Shown in pieces: positions 19,101 to 28,749 of a stretch of DNA of 64,000 nucleotides. Under the pieces are notes generated by a model. It was not told where the DNA came from. It did not search any database and worked only from the letters and a program-made list of their open reading frames with translations. The stretch lies in NCBI GenBank assembly GCA_963724725.1, contig CAVRVT010000001.1, positions 93,874 through 157,873 of the forward strand, in the 5' to 3' direction. Each line of letters opens with the position of its first letter. The stretch's first letter is position 1. Made by a program: the position numbers and the translations under genes. Source of the stretch: an uncultured Acidobacteriota bacterium (lineage in GTDB: Bacteria; Acidobacteriota; Vicinamibacteria; Vicinamibacterales; CAVVIG01).

Positions 19101-20578
19101 CCTCGGACCGCCGCGACTCACTGCCGGATCCCACGGCCGCGGGGTCCGACGGCCTCGCACAGGCCGAGGCCCGCGTCGAGGCGCACAGCGCGTCGTTGAA
19201 GAAGGAGCTCGGCGTCCGCGATCTCGCCCTCACGCAGATCCTGTTCATCGTCGGGCTCACGTGGATCGGCGTCGCTGGGAAGCTCGGACCGTCGCACGTC
19301 GTCTTCTGGCTGCTCGCGCTCGTGCTCTTCTACCTACCCTCGGCCGCAGTGGTGATTTACCTCAATGGGCTGATGCCGCTCGAAGGCGGTCTGTACCAGT
19401 GGGCGAAGCTCGGCTTCAACCAGACCGTGGGTTTCATGCTGGCGTGGAACCTGTGGCTCTACGTGATCGTGTTCACGTCAGAGATCGGCCTGCAGTGCGC
19501 CACCTACCTTTCATATGCGATCGGACCGAGCGCAGCGTGGATGACGAGCAGCAGCTGGTTCGTGGCGTTGTCGTCGGCGCTGATCCTCTCGTTGATGGTG
19601 GTCACGTCCACCATCGGCCTGTCGGTGGGCAAGTGGGTGCACAACACCGGGGGCATCTTCATGATCACGATCTTCGGCGCGGTGGTGCTGCTGCCGGTGA
19701 TTGGCCTGCTCTCCGGCACGCTGGCCGAATACCATCCCTTCCGCACTCACCTTCCCGAGCTCTCGCTCTACAACCTGAACATTCTCGGGAAGATGGGCTT
19801 CGGCGCACTGGGCGGCTTCGAGTACATGGCCATTTTGGCCGGCGAGACCAGGGCGCCCGCGCGGTCCGTCACGCGGTCGGTTTTCATCGCGGCGCCGGTC
19901 ATCGCGTTGATGTTCGTGCTCGGCACGAGCACCGTCGTTGCCTTCGTGCCGAACAATACCATCGACCTGATTGGGCCGGTGGCGCAGGTGCTGCGCGTCG
20001 GCTTCGAGCCCTTCGGCATCGCCGCGCCACTCGTGACGATGGCGATTCTGATGACGCTGGCGATGCGTATCGGGCAAGCGAGTGTGGCGTTCACCGCGGT
20101 GACGCGCCTGCCGATGGTGGCCGGGTGGGATCACCTGCTGCCCGCCTGGTTCAGCCGCCTGCACGCCACCTACAAGACCCCGGTGAACTCGATCATGCTC
20201 GTGGCCGCGGCCTCATTCGGGATCGCGTCGTTGAGCCTCATCGGCGTCGGGCAGGCCGAGGCCTTTCAACTCGTGTTCAACGCTAGCGGCATCTTCTACG
20301 CGCTGACGTATGTCGTGATGTTCGCGATCCCGTTGTTCGGGCTGCGCACCGTCTCATCTCGGCCGCCGATGTGGTTGCGGCTGGCATCGCTGTCCGGTCT
20401 GCTGATGACGGTGTTGTACATCGTGCTCTCGGTGTTCCCGATCATCAAGGTCGAGAGCGTGTCCACGTTCGCCCTCAAGATCACGATGACGGTCGTGGCG
20501 ATGAACCTGGTGGGGATCGGGATTCTGTTCTCGGCAAGTCAACGGTCGGCGGCCGCGATGAAGACACGCCTTTCGTAG
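19097..20578 (+). CDS. APC-superfamily amino acid/polyamine permease
   Basis: About 493 aa with 12 predicted TM helices. Start overlaps the M20 stop. Confidence 0.65.
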   Translation: MTSDRRDSLPDPTAAGSDGLAQAEARVEAHSASLKKELGVRDLALTQILFIVGLTWIGVAGKLGPSHVVFWLLALVLFYLPSAAVVIYLNGLMPLEGGLYQWAKLGFNQTVGFMLAWNLWLYVIVFTSEIGLQCATYLSYAIGPSAAWMTSSSWFVALSSALILSLMVVTSTIGLSVGKWVHNTGGIFMITIFGAVVLLPVIGLLSGTLAEYHPFRTHLPELSLYNLNILGKMGFGALGGFEYMAILAGETRAPARSVTRSVFIAAPVIALMFVLGTSTVVAFVPNNTIDLIGPVAQVLRVGFEPFGIAAPLVTMAILMTLAMRIGQASVAFTAVTRLPMVAGWDHLLPAWFSRLHATYKTPVNSIMLVAAASFGIASLSLIGVGQAEAFQLVFNASGIFYALTYVVMFAIPLFGLRTVSSRPPMWLRLASLSGLLMTVLYIVLSVFPIIKVESVSTFALKITMTVVAMNLVGIGILFSASQRSAAAMKTRLS

Positions 20579-20595
20579 CGGCGGGTCCGTCATCT

Positions 20596-21891
20596 TCAAG
20601 AAGCAGATCGGAGCGCTCGGACAACGAGGCCAGCGACCGGTGCGCCAGCCTCCATGCGCAAGTCGGCGGCCGCAATCTCGAACTGCAGCTGGACCTCGGC
20701 GAGCAGCCGTTCGACGTACGCGCGGGCGTGGCTGTAGCGGCCGTGCAGTTCTAAACGGTAGTTGACGCCTTCCTGGCTTCCACCCGCGTGCTCGAGCGTG
20801 AACACGAACGCGCCGCCCGCCCGCAGCGCGCCCGCGGCGGCTGTGACGACAGGTTCGAGATCGCCGAAATAGACGAGCGCGTCGGCCGACACGATCAGGT
20901 CGAAGGCGTCAGGATTGTTGCGCAGGTACTCGGTCAACTCGACCCTCAGCAGCGAGTCGTAGGCGGTCTTCGCTTTCGCATGCACCAGCATCCCTTCGGA
21001 CAGATCGACCCCGGTCAATCGACGCGCGTACGGCGCAAGCAGGGGGCCGCACAACCCGGTGCCGCAGCCGGCGTCGAGCACATCGAGGCGCTTCGACGGC
21101 TCCAATCCCAGATCCTGCACCGTCGCTGACACCAACGCCGGCGCGCGGTACGACAGCCTTTGAAGTTTCGCTTCAAAGCTCGCGGCAAAGCCGTCGAAGG
21201 TCTTTTCGACGAATCCGTCTGATGCGCGCGCTGGAACGTCGCGGCCAGTGCAGGCCGCAAGCATGTGACGCGGGATCGGATCGTCGGGCTCCTCTTCGCA
21301 CCATTTTTCAAAAATCTTGACGGCCTCGCGGACTTCGCCGAGCGCGCAGTGTGCCAGCGCTAGCAGTTTTCGTGCGTCGCGGTGCTTCGGCCTGAGCGTG
21401 ATCACCTTGCAGAAGCAGGCCGCCGCTTCCTCCGTTCGGTTTGTCCCATTCAGCAGGATGCCGAAGTTGGTGTACGCGTCGATGTGCCCGGGGTTCGCCT
21501 GAATCGCCTTGCGATACGCCTCCTCCGCCTCCGACGGCCGGCCGGTTGCCCTCAGCAGAACGCCGAGATTGCTGTAGGCGTTGGCGTGGCACGGGTCCAG
21601 GTCGATCGCGCGACGATAGGCGGCAATGGCGGCATCCCACTTGCCCTCCGACTGAAAGACGATGCCGAGGTTGCTGTAGCAGTCCGCTCGATCGGGAGCG
21701 AGCGCGAGGCTCTGCTCGATGAGTTGGACCGCTTCGTCATTTCGTCCCTGCTGATGTGCGAGTACGCCGGCATAGTGCAACGCATCGGGATGGTTGGGAA
21801 CCGTTTCCAGCACGCGACGGAACACCTCATGCGCCTCGGCCAGCTGGTCGCCCCGCTGCAGATGGATCGCGACGGCGACCGCCTCGTCCAC
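20596..21891 (-). CDS. TPR-repeat protein fused to a class I SAM-dependent methyltransferase
   Basis: Five or more TPR units (AYSNLG, AYTNFG), then 'LDAGCGTGLCG' SAM-binding motif. GTG start at 21891 is inferred. Confidence 0.6.
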   Translation of the reverse strand: MDEAVAVAIHLQRGDQLAEAHEVFRRVLETVPNHPDALHYAGVLAHQQGRNDEAVQLIEQSLALAPDRADCYSNLGIVFQSEGKWDAAIAAYRRAIDLDPCHANAYSNLGVLLRATGRPSEAEEAYRKAIQANPGHIDAYTNFGILLNGTNRTEEAAACFCKVITLRPKHRDARKLLALAHCALGEVREAVKIFEKWCEEEPDDPIPRHMLAACTGRDVPARASDGFVEKTFDGFAASFEAKLQRLSYRAPALVSATVQDLGLEPSKRLDVLDAGCGTGLCGPLLAPYARRLTGVDLSEGMLVHAKAKTAYDSLLRVELTEYLRNNPDAFDLIVSADALVYFGDLEPVVTAAAGALRAGGAFVFTLEHAGGSQEGVNYRLELHGRYSHARAYVERLLAEVQLQFEIAAADLRMEAGAPVAGLVVRALRSAS

Positions 21892-21940
21892 CGTCAGCTC
21901 GCGCGTCGACGTGTCAGACGGCAGCGGCGCCTGCAAGACG

Positions 21941-22420
21941 TCAACCGATCTTGTTGGCAAGGAGGTCGTACTTGAAGAACACGGCCGCATCCGGCGAGCC
22001 GTCCGCCTTCTGCGGGAAGTACTCGACGTCGACCTTCGCGAACGCGAGGCTCACGGTCTCGGCGTACGGCTGATCGTTGGCGCCGGCGTGCGTGACCGAC
22101 GTAATGATGATGTCGTTCATCTTGACGACAAGGAACTCGTGCGGGCTCTTGCCCGCTTTGCGGTGTGTGATGGTCGCGTCCTTCAGGTGCGTCCCGGTCG
22201 CGCACGCCTGCAGGAGAAGCGGGGATGCTCTGTCGATGGTGTGAACTATCGCGAGATCCTTGAACGTCGCCTTCCCGGCGCCTCCGCCGCCGCCGGTCGG
22301 GCTCGAGCTCGTGCTCGACACGCCCCAAGAAAACGACAGAACCTCGATCTCGTCCTTGTGTTTCGCGTCAAGCGATTCGCCCTTGATATCTCCGATCTTG
22401 GCGAAAATGTCTGTGGCCAT
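21941..22420 (-). CDS. hcp: Type VI secretion system tube protein Hcp (orphan copy)
   Basis: 'MATDIFAKIGDIKGESLDAKHKDEIEVLSFSWGVS...GGGGGAGK...VDVEYFPQKADGS' closely matches the Hcp1 family consensus. Confidence 0.85.
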   Translation of the reverse strand: MATDIFAKIGDIKGESLDAKHKDEIEVLSFSWGVSSTSSSPTGGGGGAGKATFKDLAIVHTIDRASPLLLQACATGTHLKDATITHRKAGKSPHEFLVVKMNDIIITSVTHAGANDQPYAETVSLAFAKVDVEYFPQKADGSPDAAVFFKYDLLANKIG

Positions 22421-22558
22421 CTGATCGCTCCTGCGTCGCTCACCGTCGGACAGCAATCGAAGAATAGATGCCTGGTGCCCCGGAGACTATGCGATTTCGG
22501 CACCTCGACCTGGGTGACCTGCCACCTCAGCTGCAGTGACGGGATTCTGCCGAAACCG

Positions 22559-23482
22559 CTACGGCCTGGGTTCCGTCACCACGATCGCGACCGCATCCCC
22601 CTTCGGCGATATCGCCAGTCTTGACACGGCACCAAGGTCGTGCGCCGCCGCGTCGAACACTTCGGTCCACCCCGCCGCCCCTCGCGTCCAGGAGAAGACT
22701 TTCGTGCCGGCTGACATGAGGATCGTCTGACCGTCTGGCGTCCAGGCCAAGTCGCGGTCCGTGCTCCCGTCGACAGCTTTGACGATCCGCTCAATCTTCC
22801 TCGAGGGAATCTCGATCTGTTTGACCCAGAACTCCCCCGACGTCTCGCGATGTACGAAGCTGATGGAGCCCGTGCCGGGAATGCGTTGCAGCGACCGACC
22901 GATTCCTTCCGCCACGATCTCCGCTGTGCCGGTCTTCACATTGGCGATCCGCAAAGTGGCCGGCGAGCCAAGGACGAAAAGCGCGACAGTGTCCGCATCC
23001 ACCCACGTGTGGTAGCCAACCTGCTTGATGTCGGCGAACACCAGCTGCGGGTTGCGTCCCTGCGCATCGAAGCGCCACAACCGTTGCGACCGATCCGGTT
23101 CGGTGCGCACGACGCTGAAGCCGTCCAGGTCGCCGACGCCGGCGGGAAGGTACGTCGGTGAGTTCTCGTTCTCGGCCGTCTGAGTCAGTTGCGAGACCCG
23201 GTTGCCCGCGCGCTCGTACACGAAGATGTCGATTTGTTTACCGTCGCGGTTCGCGGCGAACAGGATGCGGCTGCTGTCTGCGCTGAACATCGGCTGGTTG
23301 TCGTAGCCGGGCAAGGTTGAAACCGGCGCCGGCTTCGTGTTCTTCAGAGAAGCCAACCCACCGGTCAGTTGAAGGAGGTAGATGTCCGTCGCCGGCGGCG
23401 GCGCGGGCGGGGGCTGCTGAGCCGTCGCCGTCGCCTGCAGCATGGCGAGGCCTGCGACGACGAAGAAAGGATGGGTCCGCAT
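22559..23482 (-). CDS. Periplasmic TolB-like beta-propeller (WD40-like) protein
   Basis: Signal peptide 'MRTHPFFVVAGLAMLQATATAQ', then TolB-like propeller repeats. Confidence 0.55.
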   Translation of the reverse strand: MRTHPFFVVAGLAMLQATATAQQPPPAPPPATDIYLLQLTGGLASLKNTKPAPVSTLPGYDNQPMFSADSSRILFAANRDGKQIDIFVYERAGNRVSQLTQTAENENSPTYLPAGVGDLDGFSVVRTEPDRSQRLWRFDAQGRNPQLVFADIKQVGYHTWVDADTVALFVLGSPATLRIANVKTGTAEIVAEGIGRSLQRIPGTGSISFVHRETSGEFWVKQIEIPSRKIERIVKAVDGSTDRDLAWTPDGQTILMSAGTKVFSWTRGAAGWTEVFDAAAHDLGAVSRLAISPKGDAVAIVVTEPRP

Positions 23483-23505
23483 CGACAGAGTATCGCAGAC
23501 TGAAC

Positions 23506-24510
23506 TCATCGCACGACGAAGCGCTGCTCGTGCAAGACGGCACCGTCGGCGCTTCTGACTTCGATGCGCCAGTCCGCTCCGCCGTCGACAACCTGCCGGC
23601 TGTACGTGCGATAGCCCTCCGTCGCGCTGGCCCGAATCGTCAGTCTCGAGGATTTCACCAGCGTGTCTCCGCGAAACCAGCGATGCTCCACGACGGCATC
23701 ATGCAGGGATCTGACACGTGTATACAGCACGATCGACCCGGGCGACACCGGGTCGCCTGCCGGATCGCATCCCCAGCTGGTGCCGCTCGTCGACAACGTC
23801 CGGCACAGCTGCACCGTGGCCAGAGTCATTGAGCCCGAAGAGCGTGCCGGAGCGGGACTGTCGGCGACCCCCGGCGGTCGGGCCTGTTCGGTCGGCGCGG
23901 CCATGATGGGCTCGGCGGCGCTCGGCAGCGTACGCTCGACGGCCGGCGGCGGCGTGGGTTGCACGGCCGGTGCCGGTGTCGGCGTTTCGCGCGACGACCA
24001 CGGTCGCCTCACGAAGAACGTGACCGCCAGAAGGAGGACTACGACCACACCGATCGACGCCGTCGCTCGCGAGCGCGAGACAATCGGAGGAGCTGGCGGA
24101 TGCGGCTCAGGAGCCGTCGGAGTTCGTGGAGGCAGATCGGGCAGCGACGTGTCACGCGCCGTCGGCGTCACAAGTGCCGGCACATCGACCGGCAAGCCAC
24201 GAGCGCGGCAGAACTCTTCGAGGTTCTCGCGGCTGGTGGCGATCATCGGATGTTCCACCGGAAGCGATGCGGATGCAATTGCCACCGCCCGTCGGTAGAA
24301 CGTCTCGGCATCGCCCGGCCGTCCGGTCTTCTCGGCGACCACGGCGAGGTTGTTCAGTGTATTCGCCAGATCCGGATGGAGCGGACCCAGCTCGGCTTCC
24401 TGTATGCGCGCGGCGCCTCTCAGCAGCTCATCGGCACGCGCCAGGTCGTCAGTGGCAGCGGCTTCTTCCGCCGCCTCGAGCATGCGCCCGGCATCCTGCA
24501 GTTCCGACAT
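23506..24510 (-). CDS. TPR-containing single-pass membrane protein with C-terminal beta-rich domain
   Basis: N-terminal TPR segment, Pro-rich linker, TM helix 'IGVVVVLLLAVTFFV', C-terminal domain of unknown family. Confidence 0.45.
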   Translation of the reverse strand: MSELQDAGRMLEAAEEAAATDDLARADELLRGAARIQEAELGPLHPDLANTLNNLAVVAEKTGRPGDAETFYRRAVAIASASLPVEHPMIATSRENLEEFCRARGLPVDVPALVTPTARDTSLPDLPPRTPTAPEPHPPAPPIVSRSRATASIGVVVVLLLAVTFFVRRPWSSRETPTPAPAVQPTPPPAVERTLPSAAEPIMAAPTEQARPPGVADSPAPARSSGSMTLATVQLCRTLSTSGTSWGCDPAGDPVSPGSIVLYTRVRSLHDAVVEHRWFRGDTLVKSSRLTIRASATEGYRTYSRQVVDGGADWRIEVRSADGAVLHEQRFVVR

Positions 24511-24620
24511 CGCCTCTCCGGCGTCGCCTCGCAATCAACGCTGACGCCGATCTCATTCTAGAACGGCGTCCGGTGAAGAATGTGTCGCGCGATGGGGTGG
24601 CCCAGTTCGGGTTCGCGCTG

Positions 24621-25718
24621 TTATTGCGTCCGCCAGGTCTTGCCGCCATCGAGGGTCGAGAATGTGCGGCCGTCGGCTGCCGTCACCGTTGCGGTCTGAG
24701 CGTCGGACGCGCTGATGAACTTGAGATCGATCGCTTCGGAAATCGGGACGCGCTGCCACGTGCGGCCGTCGATCGACAACACGACCATGCCGCCAGGCCC
24801 GACGAGCCAGCAGATCGTCGGCGACGGCGCAACGCCGGACGTCAACGTCGCCGGAGCACCCGTCGATTGCGTCTGCCAGGTCGTTCCGCCGTCGATCGAG
24901 CGCTCGACGCTGCCGCCCGTCAGGAGTCGCCAGCGGATGTTCGGATTTGGTGACGCGATCTGCGTGCGCGCCAGTTCCATCTTGGCCAGCGCGTCAGGGC
25001 GCGCGACGGACGTGGCGACGTCGGCCATCGCGCGTGTGGGCGTTTGAGACTTCGCGGCCGCCGCTGATGCCCGTGCGGCGGGCTGCGGAGACGTTTCGGC
25101 GACAGCCGGCGCTGGCGCGGCCGGCGGCGCGGCTGCCGCATCGCGTGCGCCGTTCGGCGCGGTGTTCGCCAGCGCCTCCTGCGGAGCGGACCGCGCCGCG
25201 CCCTTCGCGGCAGCGCGTTCCTCGTCGGCCCCGGCCTGGCGCTGCGGCGTGCCGGCATCCTTGGACTGGGCAGGGCGATCGGCAGAGGCAGTCGGCTGCC
25301 CGCGCAGTGCTGAAAACTCGAGCGGCGGCGGTGCAGGCGCCGGCACAGACGTCTCCGAGGCGGCTGCCGCGGACGCCGGCAGCGGAGCGGATTGCTCGAG
25401 CCGCGTCGTCCTCTGGACGTTGATCCACAACACCACGCCGGCGGCAGCGGCGGCGAGCGGCACCAGCCAACCGACCCTCGACATCCGCCACCATCCGCGC
25501 GCCGGCGCGGGCGTCGTCGTTCGGGCCATCGCGGCCAGCAGCGCTTGACACCGCACGCAGCTCGACGCGTGCGATTCCACGGCCGAGCGTTCGCCCGCGC
25601 TCAGTGTGCCGTCGGACCAAGCCGCCAGCGTGTCTGCGTCGACGCAGCCAGACGATGACCCCATCGCCAGCTGGTTGCGCAACGTCTCCCGAAGCCATCG
25701 TGTGGGCACGTCACTCAT
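24621..25718 (-). CDS. Anti-sigma factor (zinc-finger type) with TM helix and C-terminal BNR/Asp-box repeat sensor domain
   Basis: N-terminal 'HASSCVRCQ' zinc-binding motif, TM segment, Ala/Pro-rich linker, and C-terminal 'DGGTTWQ'/'DGGKTWRTQ' Asp-box repeats. Overlaps the ECF sigma gene. Confidence 0.6.
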   Translation of the reverse strand: MSDVPTRWLRETLRNQLAMGSSSGCVDADTLAAWSDGTLSAGERSAVESHASSCVRCQALLAAMARTTTPAPARGWWRMSRVGWLVPLAAAAAGVVLWINVQRTTRLEQSAPLPASAAAASETSVPAPAPPPLEFSALRGQPTASADRPAQSKDAGTPQRQAGADEERAAAKGAARSAPQEALANTAPNGARDAAAAPPAAPAPAVAETSPQPAARASAAAAKSQTPTRAMADVATSVARPDALAKMELARTQIASPNPNIRWRLLTGGSVERSIDGGTTWQTQSTGAPATLTSGVAPSPTICWLVGPGGMVVLSIDGRTWQRVPISEAIDLKFISASDAQTATVTAADGRTFSTLDGGKTWRTQ

Positions 25719-26382
25719 AGATGACCTGCTTCAGATCCAGCGAGCCGGGATCGTCGGCCACGGACGCGAAACACGCGGCGATCTGATCGTCGCTCAATCG
25801 GGACTCCTCGCGCAGCTGCCGTTCGACTTCGCGCCGGATCGCGAGACGCGAGCGCGCCAGCTGGCGCGACGCGGTCGCCTCGCTTTCCTTCATCACGCGT
25901 CCGGTCTCTGCGAGCGTCAGTTCCTGCACGTAGTAACAGCCGAGACGGAGTCGGTCGCGGGCCGTCAGGCTGGCAACGGCACGCCGGAGCGCGTGCCCCA
26001 CGAGCGCGACGTAACGCGCGCGATCCGGATCCGGTTCATCGCTCCGCGCGGATGCCTCTTCGTCGGCCAGCGGCTCCGCCCTGCGCTGGACGCGCACGCG
26101 ATCGACGAAGCGCTGCGCGAGCACGGCACGCAGCCATGTGGCGAGACTGCTGCGACCCTGGTAATACCGGAGGAGCGACTGCCGCTCGCCGCCGCTGTTC
26201 TTCATGCCGTACAGGTCGGCGTACAGTGAGTCGGCGATCTCGCGCGCGCCCTGCGTGCGATCGAGCGCGTCGGCGGCGCGATACAGGAGCGGCCGGTATT
26301 CGCGGACGAACCTCTCCCACGCCGGCTCGTCTCCTTCGGCACACAGACGGGCGAGCTCGAGATCCGCGGAATGGGCGCCCAC
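25711..26382 (-). CDS. ECF-type RNA polymerase sigma factor (sigma-70 family, group 4)
   Basis: Region 2 'LLYRAADAL...DLYGM' and region 4 'LGCYYVQELTLAETGRVMKESEATASRQLARSR' HTH. Confidence 0.7.
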   Translation of the reverse strand: MGAHSADLELARLCAEGDEPAWERFVREYRPLLYRAADALDRTQGAREIADSLYADLYGMKNSGGERQSLLRYYQGRSSLATWLRAVLAQRFVDRVRVQRRAEPLADEEASARSDEPDPDRARYVALVGHALRRAVASLTARDRLRLGCYYVQELTLAETGRVMKESEATASRQLARSRLAIRREVERQLREESRLSDDQIAACFASVADDPGSLDLKQVIYE

Positions 26383-26415
26383 TTTCAGCCGGCCATCTCC
26401 GTCAGCCCCTCTTTA

Positions 26416-27738
26416 TCATTTCTTCCAGAGTTTTTCCCACCACGCCGGTTCGGGGCGAACCGGACGCTCCAGCCCCATCTTCTTCTGGATGTCCGCCATG
26501 GTCCACCCGGTGAGCCGGGCCAGTTGCTCGGCCTCCCGTGCACGTCGGTCTGGAAGCGCCTGACGATACTCGGTCGCCGCGCTGCAGGCGTCGTTGCCCT
26601 CCCAGGCATGGCGCAGCACGTACCGGCCCTGGAAATTCGCACGGTCGGCAGTTTCCTGAAACACCAGATCTTCGGGAAAGTGCGTGTTGTCGTAGCGGAT
26701 GTGCAGGCGCGAAAGGAACACGTTTGGAGGACGGCGGTCGCTTCCGTCGGACCAGAAGACGCCGAGGCGACGCAGTTCGTCGTTCGACAGCGGATCGGCG
26801 GCACACGGGTCGCACCACTTCATGTCCCACGCATATTCGAGGAACACGACGCGGCCGTCCTGGTTCTCGACCTGCCGCGTGAACATCGCCTTGTAGAAGC
26901 CGCCGAACTCGGTCGGCTGTTTCAGGTAGACGGGAAGTTCCATATCGGCCGGCAACTTCGCGGTCCGGTAGTTTGTCGTTTCGACTCGGCCGTTGCGTGT
27001 GAGCGCGTAGACGAAGAGCTCCTGGGGTCCCTTGGCGTTGACCATGCCGAGACGGATCGGCAGCATGAACTTCGGCGACTCGTAGGCGACCTGCAGCGGC
27101 CGGAGATACGAGAAGCCGAGCCGGGTCTGCTCGGCGAGGTTCACCTTCGCGACGAAGAACCGCATGTTCTGCTTCAGATACGTCCCGATCACGTCCGAGG
27201 CGCCGGGCGGAATCCGGTAGCCGTTCTGTCGCAGCCACGTTTCGAGCCCCGAACTTTGCTGCGCCGACAGGATGAGGATGTCGTACTCGCCGACGGTGTA
27301 CTGCGCCTCGATCGTGACACCCAACGCCTTCGCGCGGCTCGCCGAATCCTTCGCCACAGACGCTCGTGCTGCTGCCATGGGCATCATGCGGTCGTACTCG
27401 CGGCGCTCGCACGGATTCTGATCGAAGTACTCGACGAGCCGCGGCGCCGAGTACCCATCCAGGTGATCGACGAGCGCCTTCTCGCCGACGTGGATCTGCT
27501 CGCGCGTGAGGAATGTCGGTACTGGAATGACCACAGCGAATTCCTTCGGCTCGCCCTCGAAGTCGTTCGCCATGGTCATCACGGTGCGATCGCCATCTCG
27601 GACGAGCACGACCTGCGACGCCTTGTTGAACAGCTTCGTATCCGCCTTCGCCACGTAGAAACCGCAGAAGCCGAAAACCGTCGTCGCCGACCAGGCGACG
27701 ATCGACACCAGCGCGACACCAAACAACGTTCGTCTCAT
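26416..27738 (-). CDS. Secreted DUF2330-family protein
   Basis: Signal peptide MRRTLFGVALVSIVAW and about 440-aa conserved-domain architecture. Confidence 0.5.
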   Translation of the reverse strand: MRRTLFGVALVSIVAWSATTVFGFCGFYVAKADTKLFNKASQVVLVRDGDRTVMTMANDFEGEPKEFAVVIPVPTFLTREQIHVGEKALVDHLDGYSAPRLVEYFDQNPCERREYDRMMPMAAARASVAKDSASRAKALGVTIEAQYTVGEYDILILSAQQSSGLETWLRQNGYRIPPGASDVIGTYLKQNMRFFVAKVNLAEQTRLGFSYLRPLQVAYESPKFMLPIRLGMVNAKGPQELFVYALTRNGRVETTNYRTAKLPADMELPVYLKQPTEFGGFYKAMFTRQVENQDGRVVFLEYAWDMKWCDPCAADPLSNDELRRLGVFWSDGSDRRPPNVFLSRLHIRYDNTHFPEDLVFQETADRANFQGRYVLRHAWEGNDACSAATEYRQALPDRRAREAEQLARLTGWTMADIQKKMGLERPVRPEPAWWEKLWKK

Positions 27739-27827
27739 AACCTGCTCCTTCTTAGAGGCATTGCAAATGACGCGTGCAGGGCTGAGGTCCGAGCCTTCAG
27801 CGCTCAGCCCTCTGCCCTGACAGCCGC

Positions 27828-28674
27828 TCATCTCGCAACTCGGCTCAAGGCGACCCGCAGGGCGGGGGCTGGGATTGATGTCGATCGTGGCGAGGTCCAC
27901 GCGTAGCGCGAGCCCGGCGCGATTCGATTGATGAGCGGCACGACCGTCGAGCATGCGGCCAGGGACCAGAGGAGGCCGTTCGTTCTGAACAGCCGGAACT
28001 GCACGTACCACGCGCCGAAGGCCACGAGCGCCGCGAACAGCACCCGCCCGATCCGCGAATCGGGCGTCGTCTTCGGATCGGAAATCATGAAGAACGTGAA
28101 GAGCAGCAGCGCGCCGCTCTCGACTCGGTGCAGCGGAATCGTCAGCGGCTCACCGAGATAGAAGGAGCGACCGAAGAGGAGCGCGCAGTAGAAGACGATG
28201 AACGCATAGGTCACGTCGGATCTCGCCGCACGGTTGACGACCAGCGAGCCGGCGCATGCCATGAGGAACGCGAAGAACGCGGCCGCGCCCCATTGACCGG
28301 GCGACACCCAGACTTGATTGGTCATCAGCAGCATCGACCACGATGCCGCCGTTGGTCGGGTTGAAGACGTGCTTGCCGTCCACGCGAATCAGGAACTTAC
28401 CGGCGATCGTCACGAACGCCGCGAGAACAGCGAAATCAGTCCGGTTGGTGCGTAGCAGCAGGCACAGCGAGAGCCCGGAAATGAAGGCGCTCGGCGCGCT
28501 CAACGTGAATCGCGGCGCTGCGCCGATCAGCCGATCGCCAATCCATTGAGTCGCGAGAACCGTGGCCAGCAGGAGGACGACCCGGCCAACGGTGACGTCG
28601 AAGTCGAGCCATCCCATGCCGTAGACCAGCAGGGACGCGAGTGTGCCAATTTGATACAGGCGTGGATCGGCCAT
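27828..28674 (-). pseudogene. Multi-TM membrane protein split into two overlapping frames (apparent +1 frameshift near 28320-28340)
   Basis: ORF 28150-28674 ('...GKHVFNPTNGGIV') continues in another frame as ORF 27828-28334 ('MLLMTNQVWVSPGQ...'). Both parts are hydrophobic. Confidence 0.5.
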
Positions 28675-28749
28675 GCCAGAAGCTCCCCTGGCCGTAGAAC
28701 GATCGCGCCGTGTTTTCTTGCAGGCGAACTCACGAACGGTGACGACAGG

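Noticed and set aside
28150-28334. Programmed ribosomal frameshift in the membrane-protein gene
   Set aside because: There is no slippery heptamer or downstream pseudoknot-like structure at the shift site. With eight other indel-type breaks nearby, sequencing error is the simpler explanation.
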